Of a stretch of 64,000 bases of DNA, positions 47,739-55,517 are shown piece after piece. Below the pieces are notes generated by a model. That model made no database searches and had not been told where the DNA came from. It worked only from the letters and a program-made list of their open reading frames with translations. The stretch spans positions 25,099 to 89,098 of the forward strand of contig JBEKEM010000005.1 of the NCBI GenBank assembly GCA_050013835.1, in the 5' to 3' direction. The position numbers were made by a program, and so were the translations under genes. Every line of letters starts with the position of its first letter. Position 1 is the stretch's first letter. This stretch comes from Acidimicrobiales bacterium (GTDB lineage: Bacteria > Actinomycetota > Acidimicrobiia > Acidimicrobiales > Bog-793).

Positions 47739-48902
47739 ATGGACGGGCCGGCGGAGCCGGTGGGGCGGACGCGGTCGGGGCGGTCGCGGGACGCGGCCGC
47801 GGCGGAGAGGGAGCGGGCGACCGAGTGGCTCGTCGTGCGGTCGGCCGTCTTCGTGCTGCTGGTGGGCCTCGCCGTGCTCGTCGTGGCGCTGCTCGCCTGG
47901 CGGCTGCGGGTGGTGATCCTCCTCATCGCCGTGTCGCTCTTCATCGCCGTGCTGCTCAACCCGTTCGTGCGGATGCTGTGCAACCGGGGGATGAGGCGGA
48001 CGGGCGCCGTCTTCGTCGTCTACGGCGTCATCGTCGTGGTGGCGCTCGTCTTCGGGTACCTGCTCTTCCACCCGCTCGTGTCGTCCGCGACGCGCTTCGC
48101 CCACGACCTGCCGTCGATCGTGCGTGACGCCCAGCACGGCAGGGGGACGATCGGCCACCTTGTCGCCCGCCTCCGGCTCGAGAACTGGGTGCGCCGGAAT
48201 GTCCCCAACCTCGAGAGCGCCATCGCCAAGCTGTCCAAGCCGGCCTTCGCCGTCGGCAAGACGGTGGTCTCCGGGCTCGCCAGCCTTGTCACGATCGCTT
48301 TTCTCTCCTTTTTCGTCCTGCTCGAGGGGCCCCGCACCTACGGAGCCGTGCTCGGCGTGATGACCGAGGAGCACGCCGCGCGCCTGCGCCGGATCACCGA
48401 CGCGATGTCCCGCGAGGTGACCGGCTTTATGATCGGCGACCTCGCCACCTCGGTGATCGCCGGCATCGTCGTGTTCGTGGCCCTCGAGGTGACCCACGTG
48501 CCGTTCGCGCCGCTGCTGGCAGTGTGGGTCGGGCTCGTCGATTTCCTGCCCCAGGTGGGCGGGCTCCTCGCCGGGGTGCCGACGGTCGGGCTGGCCTTCC
48601 TCCACTCGACGGTGGCCGGGATCGTGACGATCGTCGTCTTCCTCGTCTACCAGCAGGTCGAGAACCACGTCCTCTACCCGCTGATCGTCTCGCGCTCGGT
48701 CCAGCTGTCGCCGCTGTGGGTGCTGCTCGCCGTGCTGGTCGGCGCCGAGACCGGCGACATCGTGGGGGCGACCTTCGGCGCCATCGCCGGCGCGATCCTC
48801 GCCGTCCCGCTGGCGGGGTCGATCCAGGTCGCCCTTCGCGAGCTCCTCGCCAATCGGGTATCCGCACCGGCGCCTCCGGCCGAGGTCGCGGCCGAGGAGT
48901 AG
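47739..48902 (+). CDS. AI-2E family transporter (PerM/UPF0118)
   Basis: 387-aa polytopic ORF with FLPQVGGLLAGVP ... YQQVENHVLYPLIVSRSV typical of the family. The start is not well supported by an SD motif. Confidence 0.8.
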   Translation: MDGPAEPVGRTRSGRSRDAAAAERERATEWLVVRSAVFVLLVGLAVLVVALLAWRLRVVILLIAVSLFIAVLLNPFVRMLCNRGMRRTGAVFVVYGVIVVVALVFGYLLFHPLVSSATRFAHDLPSIVRDAQHGRGTIGHLVARLRLENWVRRNVPNLESAIAKLSKPAFAVGKTVVSGLASLVTIAFLSFFVLLEGPRTYGAVLGVMTEEHAARLRRITDAMSREVTGFMIGDLATSVIAGIVVFVALEVTHVPFAPLLAVWVGLVDFLPQVGGLLAGVPTVGLAFLHSTVAGIVTIVVFLVYQQVENHVLYPLIVSRSVQLSPLWVLLAVLVGAETGDIVGATFGAIAGAILAVPLAGSIQVALRELLANRVSAPAPPAEVAAEE

Positions 48903-49045
48903 GGCCGCGGCGCGCGGCCTCCGGAGACGGTGACCGGCGCGGGTCGGCGGCGCGTGGGGCCCCCTCGACGGCGTCCTGCTCCGCCCACCGTGCCGGACAC
49001 GTCGCCCTCCCGTTGCGGGCTGGGCGGCGAAGATAGGGTCTAACC

Positions 49046-49783
49046 GTGCGCGTCCTCGTCGTCCTCCCGACGTACAACGAGCGGGAGAACATCGAGGCGA
49101 TCCTGCGGGCGGTGCGCGCGACCGTGCCCGACGCCTCCATCCTCGTCGTCGACGACTCGAGCCCCGACGGGACCGCCGAGCTCGCCGAGAAGACGGCGGC
49201 GGACCTCGGCTCGATCGAGGTGCTGCGACGGGTGGCGAAGAACGGGCTCGGCCCCGCCTACCGCGACGGCTTCCGCTGGGGGCTCGCGCGCGGCTACGAG
49301 GCGCTCGTCGAGATGGACTCGGACTTCTCGCACGATCCGGGGGAGCTGCCGCAGCTCCTCGCCGCCCTGGGCGGTGGCGTCGAACTCGTCATCGGCTCGC
49401 GTTACATCCCGGGCGGCTCCATCCCGAACTGGTCGCTACTGCGCCGGCTCATCTCGCGGTTTGGCAACATCTACGCCAAGGTGCTCCTCGGGCTCGGCGT
49501 CGAGGACTCGACGGCGGGGTACCGCGTCTACGCGGCGGGCCTGCTGGAGCGCCTCGACCTCGACCGGGTGCGTGCCGACAGCTACGGCTTCCAGATCGAG
49601 ATGACCTTCCTCACCCGCCAGGCTGGCTCCGGCATCGTCGAGGTGCCGATCCACTTCGTCGACCGCGTCGCGGGAACCTCGAAGATGTCGACCTTCACCG
49701 TCGTCGAAGCGTTCACGCTCGTCACGGGGTGGGGCCTGCGGAGGATCCTTTCGCCGGGCAAGGCGCGACGCGCGAGGACCTGA
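49046..49783 (+). CDS. ppm1: Polyprenol-phosphate mannose synthase (GT2, Ppm1/DPM1-like)
   Basis: VVLPTYNERENI, VVDDSSPDGT, EMDSDFSHDP and GYRVY motifs. Confidence 0.85.
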   Translation: MRVLVVLPTYNERENIEAILRAVRATVPDASILVVDDSSPDGTAELAEKTAADLGSIEVLRRVAKNGLGPAYRDGFRWGLARGYEALVEMDSDFSHDPGELPQLLAALGGGVELVIGSRYIPGGSIPNWSLLRRLISRFGNIYAKVLLGLGVEDSTAGYRVYAAGLLERLDLDRVRADSYGFQIEMTFLTRQAGSGIVEVPIHFVDRVAGTSKMSTFTVVEAFTLVTGWGLRRILSPGKARRART

Positions 49784-50057
49784 CCGTTCCGGCGCGCCAG
49801 CGGTGCTCGTGCCGGTCGGGGGTGGGCCGACACGGTCTGCGGGCTCCGCCGGGCTGGTCGGCCTGTGAGCATCAAGCGCATCGCTGGGCGTCGGGGGTTC
49901 GGCTCGGAGAGCCGACGTCACCGATCTCCGTTGTTACGCATCTCGGAAGGGGTGTCGAGAGCAATCGGGGCGTCACCGATCCGACGGCGAGGGCGGTGGT
50001 CAGATGACAGGCGACCCGCGGCAGCTGGCGGGAAAAGAACCGATCAAGAGCCATTCC

Positions 50058-50123
50058 GGGTTCGATTCGCGACGACCGACCGAATACCCGGGTGGTCGGT
50101 TGTCGGTGCGAGGAATCAAACCC
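50058..50123. other. Long imperfect hairpin (about 23 bp in two helices) in a convergent spacer
   Basis: Outer helix 50058-50068 pairs with 50113-50123 (one mismatch). Inner helix 50070-50081 pairs with 50094-50105 (one G-U). The loop is 12 nt and contains CCCGGG. Both arms carry T-loop-like GGGTT(C/T)GATTC strings. Confidence 0.4.
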
Positions 50124-50137
50124 GATGGCGCAGCCGC

Positions 50138-50178
50138 GCGCCAACCGAGTATCAGGAGACTCGATACTCGGTTGGCGC
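50138..50178 (-). terminator. Perfect 16-bp stem-loop, probable terminator of the repeat-protein gene
   Basis: GCGCCAACCGAGTATC-9 nt-GATACTCGGTTGGCGC lies 20 nt past the stop at 50199. There is no clear U-tract. Confidence 0.55.
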
Positions 50179-50198
50179 TGGCGCTTGCAAGACTCAGG

Positions 50199-51242
50199 TC
50201 AACCGGCGACGGCAACCGCGTCGGCGCTGGTGTATTCCTCTACCCACGTCGGCGAGGTCAGGCTGCCTTCCTTGGCCCACGCATTGTCACTTCCGTCCAC
50301 CACGGCGACGAGCGGACCATTCGTCGCGTCGCTCGCCACGGACAGGGCGTAGGCCTCGTGTTCGATGCTGGCGTATTCCTCGACCCACGTCGGCGAGGTC
50401 AGGCTGCCTTCCTTGGCCCAGACGTTGTAGGAGCCATCGATCACCGAGATGAGGGGGCCGTTCGTTGGATCACTCGCCACCGCAGCGGCGACGACGCCGG
50501 CGTATTCCTCCACCCACGGCGCGGTGAGGCTGCCCTCCTTGGCGTACGCGTTGCCACCCGCCAAGACGCTGATCAGGGGGCCATTTGTCGGATCACTTGC
50601 CACGGATAGGGTGTAGAGCTCGTCCTCGGCGCCGGTAAATTCCTCCACCCACGGCGCGGTCAGGCTGCCCAGTTTCGCGTACACGACCCCGCCTGCCGTC
50701 GACACCGCGATGAGGGGACCATTGGTCGGGTCACTCGCCACGGAGACCGAAACGGGGGCCGTGGCCCCAGACCCCCCGCTGTATTCCTCCACCCACGGCG
50801 CGGTCAGGCTGCCCTCCTTGGCCCACACGTTGCCACTGTTGTCGATCACGGCGATGAGGGGACCATTCGTCGGGTCACTCGCCACGGCCACGTAATAGGA
50901 GTCGGTCCAGGCGCCTGTGAATACCTCCACCCACGGCGCGGTGAGGCTGCCTTCCTTGGCCCAGACGTTGTAGGAGCCATCGATCACGGCGATGAGGGGA
51001 CCATTCGTCGGGTCACTCGCCACGGCTCCCCACGCGTTCACGCCGAACTCCGGGTCGACCCACGCCGCAGTCAGGCTGCCTACCTTGGCGGCCAAGACGA
51101 ACGGGCCCGTGGTGGCGTGTTCCACGAGGATGAGAGGCGGCGCGGGGGTTGGGCTCGTCGTTGCCTGGGCGCTCGAGAGCGGGAGCCAGGCGCCACCGAG
51201 CAGCACCAAAACGAAGACGTACGGCAAACGCCGTAGATTCAT
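50199..51242 (-). CDS. Secreted tandem-repeat protein, predicted beta-propeller-like (6 full + 1 degenerate repeat of 41-48 aa)
   Basis: ATG 51242 with AAGGAGG 5 nt upstream. Signal peptide MNLRRLPYVFVLVLLGGAWLPLSSAQA. Repeat consensus VASDPTNGPLIAVIDGSxNVWAKEGSLTAPWVEEY. GC3 is clearly lower than in neighbours. Confidence 0.8.
   Translation of the reverse strand: MNLRRLPYVFVLVLLGGAWLPLSSAQATTSPTPAPPLILVEHATTGPFVLAAKVGSLTAAWVDPEFGVNAWGAVASDPTNGPLIAVIDGSYNVWAKEGSLTAPWVEVFTGAWTDSYYVAVASDPTNGPLIAVIDNSGNVWAKEGSLTAPWVEEYSGGSGATAPVSVSVASDPTNGPLIAVSTAGGVVYAKLGSLTAPWVEEFTGAEDELYTLSVASDPTNGPLISVLAGGNAYAKEGSLTAPWVEEYAGVVAAAVASDPTNGPLISVIDGSYNVWAKEGSLTSPTWVEEYASIEHEAYALSVASDATNGPLVAVVDGSDNAWAKEGSLTSPTWVEEYTSADAVAVAG
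50202..51125 (-). repeat. Intragenic tandem repeats (about 125-145 nt units) of the propeller-like gene
   Basis: Includes a 44-nt perfect repeat at 50401-50444 and 50944-50987 (aggctgccttccttggcccagacgttgtaggagccatcgatcac). Confidence 0.85.
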
Positions 51243-51757
51243 AGGGGCCTCCTTAGGAAATCTCATCGTCAGCGTCTCTGGAGGGGACTTCGGCAAGCAG
51301 CACACCGCGATGAACTTCCGCCCGATCCCCTACCATCTGCATCCGCCCAGGACTCGTTGATTTCGGTATGACCGTTCGAGGTCGAAGCGACCGCGACCGA
51401 TCTCAGCCACGGAGACGTTCGAACGCGCGGGGAATGGTATCGGAACCCGGAACTGGACGCGGTGTGGACCGACAGGCAATCAATCCCTGCGTTGTTGCCG
51501 CGTTGGCCGGTCGGCGGCCGCCAGGGTTACCGGGCAGGCGCTGCGGACCGGTCTGGCTGACCGAGAAGGTCTCACCTCCTGGCGCTCGCGCCATCGAGAG
51601 AACAATGACGGTGCAAACCATTGCCACGCCCTCACGCCCGCCCCGCGTGGCTCGGGAGTAACAGCCCGCGCGTGTCAGAGCGCCGACGTCCCCAATCTCC
51701 AACTGGCGGCTGCGACCGTGGTAGGGAGCCAGCGTCAGAGACCTGATGAGCCTCCGC

Positions 51758-52324
51758 TCACCATTCCGGGTTGAGTCGCTTGAACGGCACGGTCGCGCAC
51801 GCTGCAATGCGACCTGTACCGCGGCGCAGGATGACCATGGAGTTCGCGTGTTGGTGCTCGCCGATGCCCCAGTAACGCTGCGTGAGCGCGCTGGCGCTGC
51901 CGGCGCTGTTCGTTGCAAGGTTGAACGAGAACTCGTTTGCCGGGTAGCTACCGGAGGGTGGGAAGTTCTCGAAGTGCCGTCCCGCCGTCGCGGGGTCTGC
52001 AGTGCACAGGCCGACGTTGACGTAGGCCCTGTAGCCAGCGTCGTGCCGAAGGCCCTTCAGGTCCAGCTGGACGTTCATGCCGCCCCATTTGTTGGCCGAC
52101 TGTGTCACGCGGATCCGAGCGCCCACGGGCACGCTCGCCGGATCGTAAGTAATGGCAGTGACGTCCCCGGGGTTGGCGCGGTAGGACGCCAAGGTAGCGA
52201 AGTGCGCCTCGACACTGAGCGGTGCCTGGATGTTGCCCGTTGTGCCGGCGGCGCTCAAGGCAACGACGGCCAAGACCGCACCCGCTGCACGAACTGGGGC
52301 CGGCGGCAACAATTCCCGCCTCAC
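51758..52324 (-). CDS. Secreted Cu,Zn-superoxide-dismutase-like domain protein with non-canonical ligand set (tentative)
   Basis: GTG 52324 gives a signal peptide VRRELLPPAPVRAAGAVLAVVALSAAG. LKGLRHDAGYRAYVNVGLC...AGRHFENF...NSMVILRRGTGRIAACATV parallels the SodC pattern GL.pG.HGfHvHe.G.C...aGgHfNP...GRavVvH...G.RiaCGvI. The His-x-His copper ligands are replaced. Confidence 0.45.
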   Translation of the reverse strand: MRRELLPPAPVRAAGAVLAVVALSAAGTTGNIQAPLSVEAHFATLASYRANPGDVTAITYDPASVPVGARIRVTQSANKWGGMNVQLDLKGLRHDAGYRAYVNVGLCTADPATAGRHFENFPPSGSYPANEFSFNLATNSAGSASALTQRYWGIGEHQHANSMVILRRGTGRIAACATVPFKRLNPEW

Positions 52325-52729
52325 GAGAAACGCCCCGATGCGCGGATGGCCGGTCGGAGGGACGGCGTCGGTCTCGCATGATGGACTGCGCCTGGCGCAC
52401 TGAGGCTGCAGGGTGCTACAGGCAAACCGCCGGTCGACGCGCCGGCCAACATGGGCATGAAATGAGGCAGCATGATGATCTGACGCCGACTGGGCGGCGC
52501 CGGTTCCTCCTTTGAACGTCCGCAACACTCGAGTTCCGACAGCTCGAAGGGGACAAGGTAGACGCGAATCGGCGGCACGATACCACTCGACGCCGGCACG
52601 TAGATGCGCGCGGCCGACGACCCGCCGTTGGCGTCAAAGTGCGCTGTCCCCGTGCAGCTCCCCCTGACCAGCCTGGCGTGGGCCCCAGAAGGGCGCGCCC
52701 GAGAAGGATGACGCGCCGCGGCCTCAACC

Positions 52730-54256
52730 TCACCGTGCTGTGCTGTGGCGGGGCAGGCCGGCGACGGTTCCCAGGTCGTCGATGAGCGGGGAGAGCGAAC
52801 GCCGCAGGGCCGCGTAGGTCGCGACGAGATCGCGACTCACCCCGACTGGTGAGGGCGCGGCGGTGTCGTCGCCCGGAAGCTGCGCTAGCGCCTCGTCCAG
52901 CGAGGCGGCCCTCCCTGTCGCGAGGAGACCGAGGGCGGCGGCACCGCGCGCGGTACCCGCCGTGTCGTCGACGACGAAGAGCGGGCGGTCGAGGGAGGCC
53001 GCCACGGCCTCGCGCCACAGCGGTGAGCGGAAGGCGCCGCCGGTCGCCCGCACGGACTCGACGAAGACCATCGCGTCGAGGCGGTCGAGGATGAACCGAA
53101 GCTGCATGCAGACCCCCTCGACGGCGGCGCGCACGAGATGGGCACGGGTGTGGTGAGCGCGCAGGCCGAGGTAGGCGCCGGCCAGGTCCGGGTCCCACAG
53201 CGGCGCCCGTTCGGCGATGAGGTACGGCACCATCGCCAGCCCGTCGGCCCCCGGCGGGGCCTGCGCCGCCAGCTCGAGGACGGCGGCGTCCGGGTCGTCG
53301 CCCGCCGCGACGAGGTCGGGAGCGAGGGCGCGTCCCGCCCAGGGGATCACGCCGCCGCCGTTGCTGATCGACCCGCCGGAGACCCAGAGCGATTCGGTGA
53401 GCGCGTAGCAGTAGAGCGCCCTCCCAGCGCCGAGGCGGGGCCGGTCGAAGGCGAGCCGGAGGGCGCCGCTCGTGCCGAGCGTCAGCCCGGCCACTCCCGG
53501 CGTGATCGCCCCCGTGCCGAGATTGCCGAGCGGGCCGTCGCCGGCGCCGACGACGACCGGGGTGCCGGCGGGCAGGCCTACCTCCTCGGACGCCGCCGGG
53601 GCGAGCTCGAGGACGGTGGTGGGCGAGAGGATCTCCGGCAGCCGCTCGGCGGGCACCCCGCAGACCGCGAGCGCTCCCGGGCTCCACGCGCGCGTCGCCA
53701 TTTCGAGGAGCCCCGTCCCCGAGGCCGACGAGAGCTCGGTGGCGAGCGTGCCGGTGAGCCGGTAGATGAGGTAGTCCTTGAGGCCGATCCACCAGCGTGC
53801 CGCGGCCCAGGTCTCGGGCTGGTGGCGGGCGAACCACATCAGCTTGGCAAGCGGCGTCATCGGGTGCACGGGGACCCCGGTGACGTTGTGGAGCTGGGCC
53901 GCGTCGCCGGACTCGCGGAGCGAGCGTGCCTCGTCGGCGGCCCGAGCGTCGGCCCACGTGACAAGCGGCGTCAACGGCCGGAGATCGGCGTCGAGCGCCA
54001 TCAGGCCGTGCATCGCGGCCGAGAGCGAGACGGCCGCGACCGCAGCGCCGTCCCCGGCCGCGACGCACTCGGCGAGTGCCGCCAGAGCGGCGGCGACGAT
54101 CACCTCCGGGTCCTGCGTGCGGCACCCCGGCGCCGGCTCGTCCGTCGGGTACTGGCGGGTGGCGACGTGCCGCCGCGCCGAACCGGGCTGGAAGGCGACC
54201 GCCTTGACGCTCGTCGTGCCGACGTCGAGCCCGACGATGAGGGCCGTCCCCGGCAT
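52730..54256 (-). CDS. FGGY-family carbohydrate kinase (gluconokinase/xylulokinase-like)
   Basis: ATG 54256. GLDVGTTSVKAV and GAGDGPLGNLG motifs. Confidence 0.85.
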   Translation of the reverse strand: MPGTALIVGLDVGTTSVKAVAFQPGSARRHVATRQYPTDEPAPGCRTQDPEVIVAAALAALAECVAAGDGAAVAAVSLSAAMHGLMALDADLRPLTPLVTWADARAADEARSLRESGDAAQLHNVTGVPVHPMTPLAKLMWFARHQPETWAAARWWIGLKDYLIYRLTGTLATELSSASGTGLLEMATRAWSPGALAVCGVPAERLPEILSPTTVLELAPAASEEVGLPAGTPVVVGAGDGPLGNLGTGAITPGVAGLTLGTSGALRLAFDRPRLGAGRALYCYALTESLWVSGGSISNGGGVIPWAGRALAPDLVAAGDDPDAAVLELAAQAPPGADGLAMVPYLIAERAPLWDPDLAGAYLGLRAHHTRAHLVRAAVEGVCMQLRFILDRLDAMVFVESVRATGGAFRSPLWREAVAASLDRPLFVVDDTAGTARGAAALGLLATGRAASLDEALAQLPGDDTAAPSPVGVSRDLVATYAALRRSLSPLIDDLGTVAGLPRHSTAR

Positions 54257-54343
54257 CACCGCCGAGGACGCGGACTCGCCGTCGCGTCGCCGTCCGGGGC
54301 CACGTCGCACGCGGTTAGCGCCTTCCTCTCTGCGGGGATGTTG

Positions 54344-55381
54344 TCAGCGCCCGAGCACCTCGTCGATGCGGCGGAGGTGATCCGCCGTCAACGGGCCGAA
54401 GCGGATCGCGCCGACGCTTTCCTCGACCTGGGCCGCCGTCTTGAACCCGGGGATCGGCACGGCGGTCGGGCTGCGGGCCCAGAGCCAGCCGAGCGCCCCC
54501 TGCACGAGGCTGCGGCCGCCGTCGGTGAGGATCCCGCGCAGCGCGTCGAGCTTGGCGAGCCACCTCGGCGCGGCGCTGCCGTCCGGCCGGAACATGTCGC
54601 CCCAGCCGAGCGCCGTCTCCTGGGCCCGCCAGTCGTCGGCGGGGAGGCGCGAGTCGGTGCCGTACTTGCCCGACAGGAACCCCGAGGCGAGAGGGCTGCG
54701 GATGAGGGCGGTCATCGACGTCCTCTCGCATAGCGCGAAGAAGTCCGGCTTGTCCTCGAGGACGTTGCAGGCGATCTGCACGGCCGAACACGTGCCCCGC
54801 GCGGCCCAGCGGGCGGCCTGGGCGGGCACGTCGCTGCTCCAGCCGAAGTGCCGGAGCAACCCCTCGCGCTGCAGTCCCTCGAGCTCGCCGACGACCTCGT
54901 CGGCCGTGTCGTCTGGAACGTCGCCGACGTGGAGCTGGTAGAGGTCGATGTGGTCGCGGCCGAGCCGCCGCAGCGACGCCTGACACGCCGATCTGATCTC
55001 GGCGGGCTTCACGCGGGTGCCATCGACGTCGCCGTCTCCATCCCCGCCCATGCTAAAGCCGAACTTCGTTGCGATGAGGATCTCGTCGTGGCCCTTCAGC
55101 GTGCTCCCGACGAGCTGCTCGGAATGGCCGCGTCCGTAGACGTTGGCGGTGTCGAAGAGGGTCACCCCGAGTTCGGCGCCCTTGCGGATCGCGCGCACCG
55201 ACTCGGTGTCGTCGACGGGGCCCCAACCGATCGTGTGGCCGTCGCCACGGGTCACGGGGCCGCCGATCGCCCAGCAGCCGAGTCCCATCGCCCCGAGCAA
55301 CGGGCCGTCCGGGCCGAGGCGGTGGGCCGAAACGGTGTTCGCCTGTGGATTCTCGCTCACCATCCTCCTTTGCGGGTCCAT
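54344..55381 (-). CDS. Aldo/keto reductase
   Basis: GLGCWAIGG, DTANVYGRGHSEQLVG and HIDLYQLH motifs. ATG 55363 is an alternative start. Confidence 0.85.
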   Translation of the reverse strand: MDPQRRMVSENPQANTVSAHRLGPDGPLLGAMGLGCWAIGGPVTRGDGHTIGWGPVDDTESVRAIRKGAELGVTLFDTANVYGRGHSEQLVGSTLKGHDEILIATKFGFSMGGDGDGDVDGTRVKPAEIRSACQASLRRLGRDHIDLYQLHVGDVPDDTADEVVGELEGLQREGLLRHFGWSSDVPAQAARWAARGTCSAVQIACNVLEDKPDFFALCERTSMTALIRSPLASGFLSGKYGTDSRLPADDWRAQETALGWGDMFRPDGSAAPRWLAKLDALRGILTDGGRSLVQGALGWLWARSPTAVPIPGFKTAAQVEESVGAIRFGPLTADHLRRIDEVLGR

Positions 55382-55517
55382 TCTCCCTCATCGCGACCCG
55401 CGGTCCGGGGAGCTCACCCGTCAGCCCGCCGCCGGTGGCGCGGGTGCGTCAGCGCCGCTGGACCAACATCTGAGCCGGCACCGCGACCCGGAGGCGGACC
55501 CTCCCGGGGGTCGGACC

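Noticed and set aside
50049-50072. 12-nt identity (ccattccgggtt) with the 3' end of the SOD-like gene (about 51760-51780), considered as island-border direct repeats or a gene remnant
   Set aside because: By a rough estimate, on the order of a hundred chance 12-mer matches are expected in 64 kb on two strands. Similarity does not extend beyond the 12-mer at the DNA or protein level.
50057-50124. T-loop-like strings GGGTTCGATTC (plus strand) and GGGTTTGATTC (minus strand), considered as tRNA, tmRNA or tRNA-fragment att sites
   Set aside because: The flanking bases cannot form a 5-bp T-stem, and no acceptor, D or anticodon arms could be built. The two strings are simply the arms of one long hairpin.
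50202-51125. Regularly spaced repeats considered as a CRISPR-like array
   Set aside because: The repeats are in frame within a single ORF, have a period of about 125-145 nt and encode a conserved peptide repeat. There is no spacer/repeat architecture and there are no cas genes.
51368-51918. ORFs 51368..51661 (+) and 51403..51918 (-) in the long spacer upstream of the propeller gene
   Set aside because: They have no SD motif and an Arg/Pro/Gly-rich or erratic composition. One overlaps the 3' end of the SOD-like gene. No motif was recognised.
52416-54125. 569-aa Arg-rich minus ORF and 531-aa plus ORF (53138..54733) over the FGGY kinase/AKR genes
   Set aside because: They are alternative-frame or antisense shadows. 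The FGGY and AKR frames carry the diagnostic motifs.
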